From the human T2T-CHM13v2.0 reference genome, Homo sapiens, in NCBI RefSeq assembly GCF_009914755.1, contig NC_060936.1: a DNA stretch of 64,000 bases; one strand, given 5' to 3'. The notes beneath the pieces were generated by a model. It did no database searches. It was not told the DNA's origin and was given only the letters and a program-made list of their open reading frames with translations. Of this stretch, positions 1-15,284 are shown piece by piece (positions within the stretch are counted from its first letter, which is position 1; the number at the start of each line of letters is the position of its first letter). Both the position numbers and the translations under genes were made by a program.

Positions 1-229
1 ACAAACTCTTCATGAACTTCATGATTTATTTTGTTGATGGTCATTATTTAGTAATGCAACAAAATTTCTCTAATATCTACCATTTTGTAGGTATGGTGCT
101 AGATGGTAGAGATAACATACTGCATGCTAATAAGTGGGTTTTTTTTTTTAGATTTTAAGAAAAGTTATTTAAATCCGAAACTATTTTTACTGGTTTTAAA
201 TTTTTGTCCACTTGTTTTGTGTATTATCT

Positions 230-435
230 TCTGTTTATGGAACACTTAACTATATGTTCCAAGCACTCTGCTGGGTCTTTTATATGCATATGTCATTTAT
301 TGCATACACCATACCAATCTACCCGTCAGTTATTGAGCATTTATGTACCTGTCACTGTGCAACCATTTAATCTTGCAAATGAGGACCCTAAACCTTACAG
401 GGCTGGCAGAGCTGGGATTCAAGTTTGAATCAGGT
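230..435 (-). mobile_element. MIR SINE fragment
   Basis: Degenerate antisense MIR pattern (ttgcaaatgaggaccctaaac...ggcagagctgggattcaag); boundaries approximate. Confidence 0.6.
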
Positions 436-725
436 GGGTCAGCATTCTACCCAAAAAGATTTTTTATCAATTGTGCTTTATGATAAAACTGCCATGTACA
501 ATATAAACAATAGGTCATCAGATTATTAAAAATTCACCAGATTGAAAAAGAGGCAATGGAAGATTTAAGTGATGCCGAACTCTGGAATAATTAGTCATCA
601 TTTTGTGTAACATATATGGTATCTATTATGACAGCTTTTTAAAAAACCTCTACTCATGTCAACTAATACAGCTATTGCCATAAACTTGGATCAAGTTTAT
701 AATCAAGTTTAAAAAATTTAAGTTT

Positions 726-1043
<318 letters not shown>

Positions 1044-1355
1044 TTAGATTTAAACTTAGACTATGTCCTACAATCAAGCGTCCTGTGTAAAGGTGGCTGT
1101 GGTATGCTGGTGGCATTGAAAACTGGTAGCTTGAAGAATGTGTACTTTCAGTACATTCCGTGGATGTCCTCTTCTTGATTTTTCTTTTTTTTCAGGTTCT
1201 GAGCTTCCACTGACTGTGGTTTTCCATTTAAAGGAACAAAAAAGCACTAGTACCTAAAATTTGCTGTAAAAGACATTTCACCTGCTTTGGTATTACCTCA
1301 CTGCCATCTGACTGTATCCCTGCCTTTCCTGATTTCTGTGGCTATAGTAGAAGTC

Positions 1356-1404
1356 TTGTGGAGTTTGTGGAGTTTTTGAAGTTTGTGTAGTTTTGAAGTT
1401 TTGA
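1356..1404. repeat. Short degenerate tandem repeat (~9-mer ttgtggagt/tttgaagt)
   Basis: ttgtggagtttgtggagtttttgaagtttgtgtagttttgaagttttgag read directly. Confidence 0.7.
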
Positions 1405-4119
1405 GAACAGACCTGTTTGTAGTTATGATCCAGTGGCATAAGCTGACCTCAGGATATACCAGCTTGCTTTATTAGTGACTTAATTTTCTTACTGTAGTAA
1501 ATTGGGTGTGATTTTAACTTGTTCATTCTTTGTATATGTATACTTTAAGTATACATATTTTGTATATGTATATTTTAACTTGTAAGTGATCAGACATCTC
1601 TATCATCATCTCTGAATTAAAATTAAAATTGTTTAACTCCTGAAAAATTCAACTGATGTTATGCAACTTGGAACATAAGACCGGACAAATTACTGAATCT
1701 GACATTTCAAATATTTCCTAATGTGCTTTTAACTTTTGCTGGGCACAAATGGAATTTCTCAGCCTCTGTCATAAAAAAAGAGTTTGTTATTGTTTGGTAA
1801 GACAGATTAAAACACAGCTGGGAATGAAGTAGTTAGCCCAGTCTCAAAGACATTAGCCTCCCTCTGTTTATTTCCTCCTGTTTGTATTCCTAGAAGCAAA
1901 CAGCTGTGCATTCCATTTTATTCTTTATTCCTTTACTTAAAATCTGGATCCGAAAAGAAGTAAATTGGGCATTTAGGCTTAGAAAAGTTGCCTTATCTGT
2001 AATTTTTATTGCCCTTTTCACTTGAAACAATGATGTATTCATAGTCTTAAATATTTTTAAAAGTAGTTACCCACAATCTCACCATCAAACATTTTCATAT
2101 AGTTTACCCATAATATAGATACCATTCAGTAGTCTGCTTTTCTCAGATGATTGCTATAACATTTTCTTACCCATCTACAGACTTATAGTTTTAACTTCTG
2201 CTGTTCTGTTATTCTGTTTATTCTGTTATTAAATGTTTCATTTAAAATTGTGCACAGTTCACTTAGTTCCAAAATAATATTACTTTCATGTATGAATAAC
2301 ATACATTTTAAACTTTTAAATGTCTTTTCTAGACTGATTAAATGTTTAAATTCTCATAAAGCCATTTATGCTATACAAATTAGCATAGGTCTGCAGGTTT
2401 CAGTTCAAAGAATGTCAGGTATAGGTAAATAAAAACTTTAATTTGAAAAATTGAAATAAATACTCAAAAGTATTTGAAGCCCGTAGAGACAGGCAAGGCC
2501 TTTAGGAATGCATCAGTGAATTCATTTTTTATGTATATACAGGAATGCATGGTCATGCATAATTATATATAATTGGCAATAGTAAGCTGTTTATTATAGT
2601 AAGTTGATGTGGGTCCTTCAGATGACAATTTTGTGGATGGTGGAATTAAGATGATCTTGTGGTAGAGCATAGTTGGCTTCTGTGATTTATTTGTTGATGG
2701 GCCCCCATATAGCTCTCATTTTAGTTAACATATTGTTATTTATCTGTCATCCATGGACTTATTTTTACACTGTTAAATCTATTTTTTAGTATGTATTAAG
2801 TAAATAACTTTATGTTTTAGTTTTTTCTTTTATTTCTCTTAAAATGATTTATTATGACATGTAGTCATAGAATTCCAGTGTTCTTATTTTTAAGATAAAG
2901 TTCATGTTATTGAACACTGACAGTCATCTCATCCCATTCCTATCATTTTCTTCATCATCATCATCATCTGTCTTATAGTATGAAATTATACCTTGGGTCA
3001 TAAATTACTCCTTTCATTCTTTTTAAACCAAAAGCTTTTTAACTTTAAGTTGTTATATTGCAACCAAATGGGACATAACAACAATATACTCCTTGAAAAA
3101 ATGTTTTTTCTGAATAGAAAGGAATATGTGCTTCTGTTGGGAAACGTAGAATATCACACCAAAAAATGTTAATACCTGTACTCTACCACTGTATATGTAA
3201 CTATTGACATGTATTCTTTCAGTTTCCTTCCTATACATTTATATAATAAGAGAATTGGGATTATAGTTCACACATTCATAACTTGATTCACTTAATGTGT
3301 CTTGAGTATTTACTATTAAATATTGATGTACATCTTTTTAGTTATTATTAGAAAAGCTATATGTATTGATGATAATTCCCCTGCCTTTTCAGCCTTCTTT
3401 TGTCAGCTACTGATGAAACTTTTTTATATAATAATAAACAGTGCTGGGTCAATGTATGTTTTAGATTTTTGACATTTTAATATTAAATTTTAATTTGTAG
3501 GGGTGTAGAGGCTTATAATCTCAATATTGTCCTAAGAATTTTTGTTATTCAAGGATTTTATGGATAAACATGGAAATAGAATCAATAATAACAGTATTAG
3601 TAATAGTAAAAGCGTACATGTATGAAACAAAAGAGTAAGGTTTTGTTTTCATTTTAATCAAAGGATTTATTATAGAAACACTAGTCTTTTAATCTTTTAT
3701 TGAAATGTCCAACACTGTTTTGTTTAGTAAATCTGAGTTTTTAGAAGTTCATGTCCCTTCTTAGTAGAGCTATATTAATATTTTAAGTTAGAAATATTCA
3801 GATCATTCTCTGAATAAAGGCATTAGAACAATTCTCTGAAGAAAGGGAGTAGGAAAACTTCATGTATTTTTTTTCCCCACTCTTTACTTCCATTATTTTA
3901 AAGGAAGAGAAAATGAAATGTGCCAATTGCCCTCACTTGTGCTCCCAAGTGCTTGTTCTCCCTTCCCCCCACAGCTTATTTGAGTTAATCATTGGTTCTT
4001 CACTGGAAAAACACTTCAGTGAATGTCATAAAACTTCTATCTGAATTGGAGAAAATACGTTCTCCAAAAATATTAATATCTAACTTATAAGAAAACCCTT
4101 TGGGTGTTAAAAACTAACA

Positions 4120-4288
4120 GACTTACCGGTTAGCTGCTTATTAAAACGCACAATCAGCACCCCTCTCCCACCCCATCTCCGTGTCTCCACCCCTCATATT
4201 TGTGGGCATCCCACAGAATTCCATTATAATTTACAGCTTCTCAGGTGATCCCAGTGTGCAGCCAACCAAGGGTGCGAACCACCGTTTT
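4120..4288. mobile_element. MER5-like hAT-Charlie DNA transposon remnant
   Basis: cttctcaggtgatcccagtgtgcagcc...gcgaaccaccgtttta resembles the MER5 end. Confidence 0.5.
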
Positions 4289-5639
4289 AAACTGATGTAA
4301 TGATAAAATTTTGCTCAAAGTAAAAACCAAACGTCTATAGATTTAAAATAGGACTTTAACTTTCTAAAGTGTGTTGGCCATTCTTGCTCTCCAGGATTAG
4401 CAGATATTGAGATATAGATTGAGAAGATACCAGTAAAACCATTTCTAGGAGCAAAAACTTTTTGGCATTGAAAGAAGAGGATTTACTATAACGTACGTGT
4501 TCTGGGAGATTAACCAAGATTGAGTATGTGGATGCCAACTTCAAAACAGAACTGCGAATATTCTTTCCTTCAGGGGAAAGAAGTATAATCTTGATTATAT
4601 TCATATTAGATGTCTCTTTTTAAAGCGGGTATCTGCAATAACTGTTATTTGATATGAAATATCTAAATTCTATTGGTGACAAATCAGAGATACTGCTAAT
4701 ACAAGTGTGGCTTGTTGCATGCATCCATAATGGAAGGAAATGCTAAATTTTAGTTAGAGAATAGTGAAAATAAAGGAAAATTTATTTTCTACCCAACTTA
4801 GTGGGTTTTCTGAATTCATCTCTAGACCCCTTTGATTCCCTGGATTCCATGGAATACTAGGTTTATGTATGTTAGGGGCTGTCTTCATCTAAAAATTATT
4901 TATTTCAGTGGATAGTAGAGATAACACTGAAATAATGTGCCTTCCCCCAATGAAATATTCATGTAAACATAGAAGGCAGGCAAAGATTGTAATAAGTATT
5001 AAATTATTAACAATTTTTAGGGTTCAGTCAGAAGCTGTTTTGCACATTGATAAATATTTATTGGGTGCTTTTTATGCTAGGTACTGATCTGGCTAATTTT
5101 ACATACATTAATTTTAGATATTCTCTATTTTATGGATAGCATTTACCTTGTACCCTTTAAAAAAGACATGTGAAATGATTGACAAATTAAAGCACAATGA
5201 AAATAAGATATAAATGAAATCAGAAGTAAGTTAGCTTTAAAAAAAAAAAAAGAGTTGGGGGCAGAGAGCCTGTTGTCTGCTACAGAGACAGGCCATCTTT
5301 CTTTTTAATGAACTTCAGCAACTTTATTGAACAAAGATAACCTAATGAACATTAAATTGATATGGAACAAGTCATTCAATCTCCCTGCCTCTCAGTTTGC
5401 TCATAGGCTCTGGCAGCTAAGTGCCCTGTCTACCTAAGAGTGTTGTTCTCAGGACTAATGAGACAATGAAAGTAAAGTGGTATAATTATGGGCGGTGATG
5501 GTGGTGGTAGAAAGTAACTCACAATATTTAAAGTGTGTGAGGTGTGGCTAACACAACTAAATCTAAGACAGAATTTTATAGGAGGCTAGGACTCTAGACT
5601 AGTCTAGTGTCTTCATTTTATGCAGAGAAAAAAACCTAA

Positions 5640-6144
<505 letters not shown>

Positions 6145-6333
6145 TGAATTCACTTTCATTTGCTCTTTTCCGCCATACTGTGGAGGCCCTGAGAGTCTAT
6201 TTTGTCTGAGATGAAGGTTATGTACCTTCAAATGTTATCCCCGCTGTCCATCACTGATGTGTTTCAGTGTCCTGGAAAACTATGTTTAACTTCTTGTTTG
6301 TGATTTTATTACTAGTTTTTCAGTGTGGTCTTC

Positions 6334-6363
6334 CTATCTATCTATCTATCTATCTATCTATCT
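6334..6363. repeat. (CTAT)7 tetranucleotide microsatellite
   Basis: Seven perfect CTAT units. Confidence 0.95.
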
Positions 6364-6830
6364 CTTTCCTGTTCTCTTGGGAAAAATAAAATAACTCATT
6401 TGGGACCATTACAAATTTCTAATTTCCAGATTTCACCTGAGTCCTCAGTAAACACTCAGTGGCTCTTTAAATGGCCCCTAACCTCCTAACCACCTCTGTA
6501 GAGGTTACACAACCACACCCTTCTCTCTCAATAGAGAAAAGTTGGCTGACAAGAATGTTCTTTATCCAAATTTTTCCTTCTAGCAACCAAACTCAGAATT
6601 TTCTTCCATTTTTACTTCCATTCTTTCTGTTTGAAGGGGTAACCATTATTCTTCTCTCTCAAGAAATTTTTCTTGCCCTTTTGCTATGGATTTCCACCCC
6701 CTGACCAAGGCTCTTTAGGATGTTACTTGGGTAACACTCTTTTCACTTTGTTTTATTTCTTCAAATCAGAAAACTTGCTTAAGCCACCCCCTTTCTGAAA
6801 AGGCTTCTTTTAACTCGCCCTCATTCTTGA

Positions 6831-7161
<331 letters not shown>

Positions 7162-7184
7162 TTTCCAGATTATTTTTTTAATAG

Positions 7185-7760
7185 CCAGATTCATTGACAC
7201 CTTTTGAATGTGGCTATGATGTTAATCTTTCTTTCTTGGCACTATTGCCCACCCCTTAAAATCCCCTTCTTTACCTGGCTCAGCACTGCTCTCAGTGGAA
7301 CATCTCTGTGCTTCTCTGAAGACAACTCAGTCTTGTCCCTTGGCTCATCTTCTACCTTAAATGCTGGTGGCCTTGCTTGCTTATATCCTTCATGTGTGCT
7401 TATTCTCGATATCTGTTCTCCCTGAGTGGCCTTATTCTTTCAATATGTATCATCCACAGCCACAGTTGATACCTCATAAAATTTTATCTCTGGCTGTCTT
7501 CTTTCCCCAGCTTCAAACCCTTTTTTTCCATTTCTACTTGCGGATGTCACAGACTTATCAATTGAAGATATTCCAAAGTAAACACATTCTTCCTCCCTGC
7601 CGTTTTTCCCCACCTCAACTCCTCTGTTTTCCCTCTATTTTTTCTCCTCAAAGCAAGCAACCAACTAACCTGGACAAAGCTCACCAAACCAACTAACCTC
7701 CCCAAAATAAAACAGCAACAGCAAAAATACCCCGTTCTGTCCTTCATGAAGACCCCAGTC
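7185..7760 (+). mobile_element. L2 LINE fragment(s)
   Basis: Pyrimidine-rich L2-like text (catttctacttgcggatgtc...ttccaaagtaaacac); boundaries approximate. Confidence 0.5.
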
Positions 7761-8527
7761 TCTGGGACACTCACCCACTCAAATTATATAGAAGACCTTA
7801 AGAGTTAGAGTTTTGGAGCTGCTGAAAATTTCTTTTCTTGATGGGGTGGAGATGACGATCCCACCAGTGGATATATTGCAGGTCTTCAAAGAAGTGCTAC
7901 ATGATGTTTGGTTTTCCTGTTTAGTAGTCTATAAATGGCTTTGTAAGAAACACACACTGTCTATCCCATGATCACAGCACTATTTATGTCAAGCTTACAC
8001 ACGTGCATCTTTGCAGCTAATACATGCCTGATGCTCAGTAAACATTTGTTTTTTGATTTAGAAACCGAGGATATGAGTACCTCACCTCTTTTCTGTGTAC
8101 TCTGTTTTTTTTTTTTTTAATTTATGAATTACATTTTGGATCAAAAGAATCTTATTTCTGGGTAGGAACTTTTTATGTTATGGCCTCCTAGACATCATTT
8201 TACAGGTTTTTAGAGAGTGTTTATTTAATCAGTTTTAAATTGGCAGTGATAGGCTCTTTGACATTCAGAGGTGAGGTCTGAAGTACAGAAGAGTTAAACT
8301 AGAAACCTGTAATACCTGTTCAACCTGTGCTTTAACCAAGACTGGGAAGTTTCTCTGTAGGATTCACTTGGGGGAACTTCCTACACTTAGTAGTTTGTAC
8401 TGTCATTTACGCTCTAAAACCTCTGTATTTTGGTCTAACTATCAAATGGCCAGACCACTTTGGGGGTGCAATTTCATCATAGTTACACAATGAGCAGTTT
8501 TGAAGAAGGTTCGCAAAAGGGAAAGTA

Positions 8528-8675
8528 CAGTACATCCTCACTTAATGTTGTCAGTAGGTTCTTAGAAACTTCAACTTTAAGCAAAAGGACATTCAGCAAG
8601 TCCTTGAACCTTGTTTTCCTCCTTGTCATTTTGTTACGAGGTTGATGAAAAAAATGGTTTTATTGTACTTCATTT
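8528..8675. mobile_element. MER82-like TcMar-Tigger fragment
   Basis: TA followed by cagtacatcctcacttaatgttgtcagtaggttcttagaaacttcaactttaagc, a Tigger-type terminus. Confidence 0.65.
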
Positions 8676-8952
8676 CATTTTATAGATGGCAACTGAGGCA
8701 AAAAGAAGGCAGTAACTGCCCAAGGTCAGACAGGCAGTAAGTGGCAGAGTTGGGATCTGGCTCTGTTCTTCAGTAACATTATGCTGCCTCTCATAATGTT
8801 CTTTTTTTCAATAAACTGTGTGTGGGCTTCTAAAATAGTAACAGTTCTTTATATAAAAGGGGAAAAAAGTTTTAAATTAGAGCAGGGTTGAAGAAAGTTC
8901 AACTTAAACTTAACATTTGACTGAATTTTATCTGACTTTTTCCATGTAATAT

Positions 8953-8960
8953 TGACGTCA
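8953..8960. promoter_or_regulatory. Palindromic CRE motif (TGACGTCA)
   Basis: Exact motif in unique sequence with several retained CpGs nearby; function not shown. Confidence 0.35.
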
Positions 8961-10234
8961 TCGAAACATACTGTAGTTATTTAAACGTGTCGTGGTTCTA
9001 AATGTCTTGCATCTAATGTTATATAACTAAATGGCCAAAGATAACAGTGTTACCTCGTTATCCCTGCTTTTGCCTCTTTTTATTTGAGTGTCTGTGGCTG
9101 TCTTTTCCTGCGGGTTTTTTGCGCCCGTACTCATCTTTCACACATTATTGATTATCACGCCTGAGTGATCTGCCACATCCCAAATTTGTCCTTTTATACC
9201 TTACCTGACTAGTGGCTGTGATCCAGGAACTTTCCTCCCTGGCACCTATGCAAAGATCAGTGGCTGCCAGCTCTAAGTTCCAGATCATGATTTCTCTACT
9301 CTCTGCAATTTACTAGTTAAGTATCAACTTTCCATGTTTGTAACTATAATAATGTAGATAATGATAAACTGAACTTTAAAGAAAACCCTATATATTTCAC
9401 TTTTTCCACCTTCTCTTTGAAAGTAGTAATGACCATGGCAACATAAATTTATTTTTCCCTAACTACGTGAATCATCTGACCTTTGATTTGTCAATCTTTG
9501 TGACTCCTATTAATGTATAGTCCACCTTATATTTGTTTAAATTAAGTTATCAAATTCCAAATAAGCCATTGGTTTTAAAACTACAAAGTATTATCTTTTT
9601 GCTACCAAAAACATAAACAATTAAAGAAGTCACTAAACATATATTCGAGACAGATGATAACTACTCCCTGTAGACTTAACACTTCATTAGCAAACTAATA
9701 CTCTTCACACACCCATGCCCCACCTTCCCCACCTCATTATTTACCTGTTGTATCTGTTAAGGATTGTTTCCCTTTTTGCAATCCATGCTTTGTATAGAAA
9801 AGTGAAGAAAGCAATCTCCAGAGTAACCTTGGAGCAGTAATCTGATCTCAGATTGTTCTGGGAGCTAAGAAGAATAGAGCCAGAGAGCTAAAAAGAATGT
9901 CAGTTTCAAAAGGGATACTGAACATAGCCTACTTATATGATATATAAAAGTGACATCAGATGCAATTGCTTGTTTGATTTAGGAACCTATGCAGGAAGAG
10001 GCCTTGATTTTAATGTTGGCATCATACTTGCTAACAACACTCTGCAAGTCTTCTGAGGCTTAATTTTTTTTTTTTTTTTTTTTTTTTGCTTTGGAAGCAT
10101 GGTTGTGGGCAGAGCTGGGATAATTTTGTGTGTGCGTGATTCTTAGTTATGCTGACAGCTTTCAGGTTTTGAAATCCTGTCTCTTCCCTGTTGGTTTAAC
10201 CTGTGTTATCCACATTTTTTTATCTCATTTATTT

Positions 10235-10480
10235 CATTAATTTCATTCACTCAGCCCAAAGATGATTATTTGGCCTCTACTGTGCACTAGGTGATGTGTT
10301 CTTTACTGGGCTTTCTTGTTGTGAGTGAACATAGACATGGTCGTTGTACTTATGGAGTCTTCATTTTACTGGGGCAGGTAGTCATTAAACAGTTGTCATA
10401 TAAATAAACATAAAATTACAACTATGATCAGCTTGGTGAAGGAGAAGAATGCAGTGTCATAAGATGTCTGCTGGGGAAAG
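10235..10480 (-). mobile_element. L2 3' end
   Basis: ttcattcactcagc...tactgtgcactagg...gtgaacatagacatggtc...tatggagtct, antisense L2 tail. Confidence 0.6.
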
Positions 10481-11494
10481 TGACACACCACTTGATATTT
10501 TCCTCTTCTACTTGTCATTGGGTGGCTGGAGGTTTTCATAGTTCCCTCAGCCTTCCATAAGTCACCCCTGGTAGTATGTGAATCAGTCTAGTTTCTGTTA
10601 GTTGATAATTCCATATTTAATCACAGCCTGCATTACTGTTCTAGTCTGAAAGTATGATATGTATATCGGTTAGTGGAGAGACTAAAACTACTTCATACTG
10701 GTTGAGAGCTTCTATTTGTTCCTATCCCCATCCTGTCCCAGAAGGAGTTCTTGATTACTTTCAAAACATAAGATTTCAAGTCATAAAGTCATGGGTTTTA
10801 AATAGAGATAAACTTCAGCTTGGCTTTAGGATTTAAGCTATTCTTAGATAATCGGAAGGAATCACCTTCTGGCTGCCATTTTGCTGTATTTCTTTTGAGG
10901 TATTCTCTTTGGTGGACTTTACAGTTTTTGAGATTCTATTGAAATTGTGTATTTGGATTCAGTTGGTGGAAAAAATATTATGTTTTATGTATAAATAGAC
11001 TATTCTAATACAAAATAAAGCTTCAGAGTTTGTATAACCAAAGTGAATTATATCTTATTTGTGCCACAGATGAAACAAATCATTTGTGGCCAATACATGG
11101 GTGGAAACCACAAGACCCCAAATTGAAGGCAGTTTATTGCAGTGATTTAAAAAAAAAACAAAAAACAAACTCAGTAGGAGAAATAAAATTTGATACGATT
11201 AGTAGTATTTTTGCCTGTGTTTGAATATTAAAATTCACTTAAAATTCTGCACCTTCCTATGCATTCCCCCCTCCCATATATACACCTGCAACATACATAT
11301 GTGCACATTCTGATTTTCATAATGCTTTACTACAAATAATAACAGCAATAAGAAAGGGCTCTTCAAATGAGTGTAATAATAATGGATAATACTGAATTAT
11401 AAGATTCCTTCTAAGAATGTGTTATGGTCAGAAACACAGTAAAAGGTGGTAAATGAATAATGGTGAAATAATGAGTCAATATGCTGGAGGTAAC

Positions 11495-11680
11495 TGGGTG
11501 AAGTGAAAAGAGCTGGGCATTGGAATCAGCCAGGCTTAGCTTTGAATTCCAGCCCTGATTCTAGCCATATAACCTCTTTGAGTTTCTGTCTCTTTTTCTG
11601 TAAAGTGAGCTTAATCAGCTGCCATGCAGGATTAGAATAATATTCTTTAAGCTACTGGCACATGATGGATATTCAAATAA
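11495..11680 (+). mobile_element. MIR SINE
   Basis: gtgaaaagagctgggcattggaatcag...tttgaattccagccctg...aacctctttgagtttctg...ttctgtaaagtgag. Confidence 0.65.
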
Positions 11681-13078
11681 TTTATCAAAGAAAACAAATT
11701 ACTGATTTATTCTGTTTGTAGTCCTAGAAAACGTGGCATATTTTCCTTATTTTTACTCTTAAAGAAAAATGGAAAAATCAGCAATTGGCTTAGCAGCTTT
11801 ACTAATATTGTAGTTAGTTTAGACCCAGGTGGCTAACTTAAGGAACAATGTTGAGTTTTAATATTTGAATTTAAGTAAAGGTCTGTTAATTGCTATTTAA
11901 AGGTTGTCAAGTTAAAAAAAAAAAAAAGAGGGTTGTAAACTAAAGCCAACATAGATAAATTAAGTTAGTGTTGCTTGCCTAGGTGGCTTCCGCTGACAGT
12001 GAAAGGAATCTGAGCCCTTTCTCCCTGCCTAGTACTGGCAGAGCCTCCAGCATCTTCTGGTCTTCACTTATAGGGCAGTGCTAAGTTGGCTCTGCCCACC
12101 AGTGGTAGGCTTGTTTCTAATATTGCCTCCTGACACACTGATTGAAACATCTACCAGTGATTTAATACCATCTTGTCTATGAGAACAAGCTACCACATTA
12201 AATGCACACATTGAATCTAAAATGAGCCAAATTTCAAATGCATTAAAATGTTAAACAAAATAGATAAATTCAGGAAATATGTGATTGGAAGAACCCATAC
12301 AAGTCTTTTCAGACCTTGTATGTGTTGATTCAATTAAGGTCTTCCTAAACCTTGTCTTCCTTCTTTATCCTGCAAACCATCATTGGCTTTTGGGAAATGG
12401 CCTGGGTAAAAACCAGGTCAAGATTTAATTGGGCCACAGTCTCTTAGACTTGGATTGAGCATCTTTCTGGGCCATTACCGATAACTTGCAGTTCTTTCTC
12501 ATCTACTTTGTGTAACTTTTCTCCACTGTTTTTTTGTAAACTGTTTCTGTCATTTTCTTCTGATTCCCGACTCAATGGTGTGCGCTAAGAAATGAATGTT
12601 AATCACTATCTGTAGAGAAAAGGCAATATATAAGAGAAACAAATTCATATTTAGTCAGTACTTATTATCTGTTGTTAATTATGTGTAGTCTAACTGTCCT
12701 AGAGCTGCCTGGTAACCTCTAGCCCTGAGTTAACCATTTTTAGGAAGCAGCCTACATATAAACCAGGAAATAAGGTATGAAATGAGATCAGGTAGAAACC
12801 CCAATCCCAGTATCTGGAAATGCCTCTCTTACCTATTTTCATTCGTTGATAAAATCAAAATGTCTGGCCTTTGCTGAATGACTAAAAATATGTGGATGGC
12901 TTATATGGAATGTTTTTTTTCTTTGAGTTAAAAAACCTTGTACAATAACTATACTTGAGTACTGATGTTTCCGCAGATATTTTGTGTATAAATAATAAGA
13001 ATTGAAAGTGTAGGAATGGGTGAGGTGAAAACTTTTAATTGTATGAGGGAGACTTGTGAGCGTAACAATTCAGAAGAC

Positions 13079-13366
13079 TTTTTTTTTTTTTTGGAGACAG
13101 AGTCTCCCTCTGTTGCCCAGGCTGGAGTGCAGCGGCACAATTTCCACTCCTGCAACCTCTGCCTCCTGGGTTTAAGCAATACTCCTGCCTCCGGAGTAGC
13201 TGTGATTACAGGCACCTGCCACCACGCCCAACTAATTTTTGTATTTTTAGTAGAGACGAGGTTTCACCATGTTGGCCAGGATAGTCTCGATCTCTTGACC
13301 TCGTGATCCGCCTGCCTTGGCCTCCCAAAGTGTTGGGATTACAGGCGTGAGCCACCGTGCCCAGCC
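13079..13366 (-). mobile_element. AluSc-like SINE
   Basis: Antisense Alu with gccaggatagtctcgatctcttgacctcgtgatcc. Confidence 0.93.
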
Positions 13367-14129
13367 TCTCTAATAATTTTATATTTAACTGACTTATCAT
13401 TCTTCATTTCTGGAGACGACATACTTTTTTGAAACTTGCTGTCTTTTCTTACATACTTTGGTTCAAAGTAAGCAGCCTTCCTGGCTGAGAGGGCAGGGTA
13501 GTTGAATTACTTGGGAGGATGACTGTGCCACAGACCCTACATTTATTAAACCACAGTTGTAAAACTCTTGTTTATAGTTGTAGTCTGTTACCATTGTGTC
13601 TTTTGGTGTTTGACTAATAAGACAATTGCAAGAAGTTTATAAAATCTTTAATCAAGTGAAAACTTTTCTGCAGTTTGGTATGTAAAATGAGAATAGTAAT
13701 TAATTGTGATAGAGATATTTCTCCTTGCTTTTTCCCATCCCCTATTTCAGAGAAAAACCCCAGACACCTTGACTTGACTTATAAAGGGGCTCTATAGAGA
13801 GACTACTTTATTAATAGCTTGAGGATTGTGATGTCCAGTTATTCCTGAAAAGACTGTGATTGTTAAGAAGAAATCAATTGAGAGAGGGAGTGAGCATTTA
13901 CATTCTGTGACAAGACTTTGATGAAATGACTGAGGAAGATGAAGATAATCAGTTTCTTCATCTGCCTCTGGGAAGATTTTAATGTTTCTTTTAATATAAA
14001 AATGAAGAGACACTCATACCCTGTAAAAAAATAGCTACCTGTAAATATAGATTTACCGAGCTTAAGAAAGCTTGATTTAGCTATTCTAAAATTTATGTGG
14101 ATTTATTTATATTGATATACAATTTTAAC

Positions 14130-14320
<191 letters not shown>

Positions 14321-14344
14321 TAAAATTCTTGCAATTTTTAAAAA

Positions 14345-15019
14345 TTCTTGCCTCTTGTAATAACAATTAGCTTAAAACACAAACACGTTGCACAACTACA
14401 CAAAAATGTTTTCTTTATATCCTTATTCTGTATGCTTTTTTATATTAAACTTTTTTGTTAGCTTTTTAAACTTTTTTGTTAAGAACTAAGGCACAAACAC
14501 ACACATTAGCCTGGGGCTACACAGGGTCAGGATCATCAGTATCACTGTATTCTACCACCACATCTTGTCCCACTGTAAGATCTTCAGGGGCAGTAACACT
14601 CATGGAGCTGTCATCTCTTGTGATAACAATGCCTTGCTTCCGGAATACCTCCCTAAGGACCTGCCTGAGGCTGTTTACAGTTAGCTTCTTTTAATAAGTA
14701 GAAGGAGTACACTCTAAAATAACAATAAAAAGAAAAGTTTGGTAAATACATAAGCCATTAACAGTCATTTATCATTACCCAATATTATGTACTATACATA
14801 ATTGTATGTGTTATATACTTTTATATGATTGGCAGCACAGGAGGTTTGTTTACATCAGCATCACTACAAACAGTTGAGTAATGCATTGTGGTATGATATT
14901 ATGATGGCTACAACTTAACCAGGTGGTAGGAATTTGTCCGCCCCATTATAATCTTAGGGGACTACTGTTATCTATGCTGTCTGTTGTTGACCAAAATGTC
15001 ATTATGTGGTTCATGACTA
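14345..15019. mobile_element. Tigger3 (Golem/Tigger3b-like) DNA transposon, partial
   Basis: Terminal ...gttgaccaaaatgtcattatgtggttcatgactata and internal cacacacattagcctggggctacacagggtcaggatcatc. Confidence 0.85.
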
Positions 15020-15270
15020 TATTTGCAGTTCATATATCTGGCAAAGAAATCATATCCAAGTAACATAAAGAACTCCCAAAACTCACCAATAAGAAAACAA
15101 ACGACCCGGGGGGGCAAAAGATTTGAGCAGTCACTTCCTCAAGAAGATATACAGATTGCAAATACATACTTGAAAATCTGCGCAACATCAGTAGTCATTA
15201 GGGAAATGCAAATTAAAATCACAGTTATATACATCGCATACCTGTTAGAATGGTTCAAAACAAAACAATG
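15020..15270 (+). mobile_element. Old L1M fragment (ORF2 C-terminal region)
   Basis: ORF 15023-15289 contains EDIQIANTYLKICATSVVIREMQIKIT, similar to L1 ORF2p C-terminus (..KKCSSSLAIREMQIKTT). Confidence 0.85.
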
Positions 15271-15284
15271 GAGACAACTGTTTG

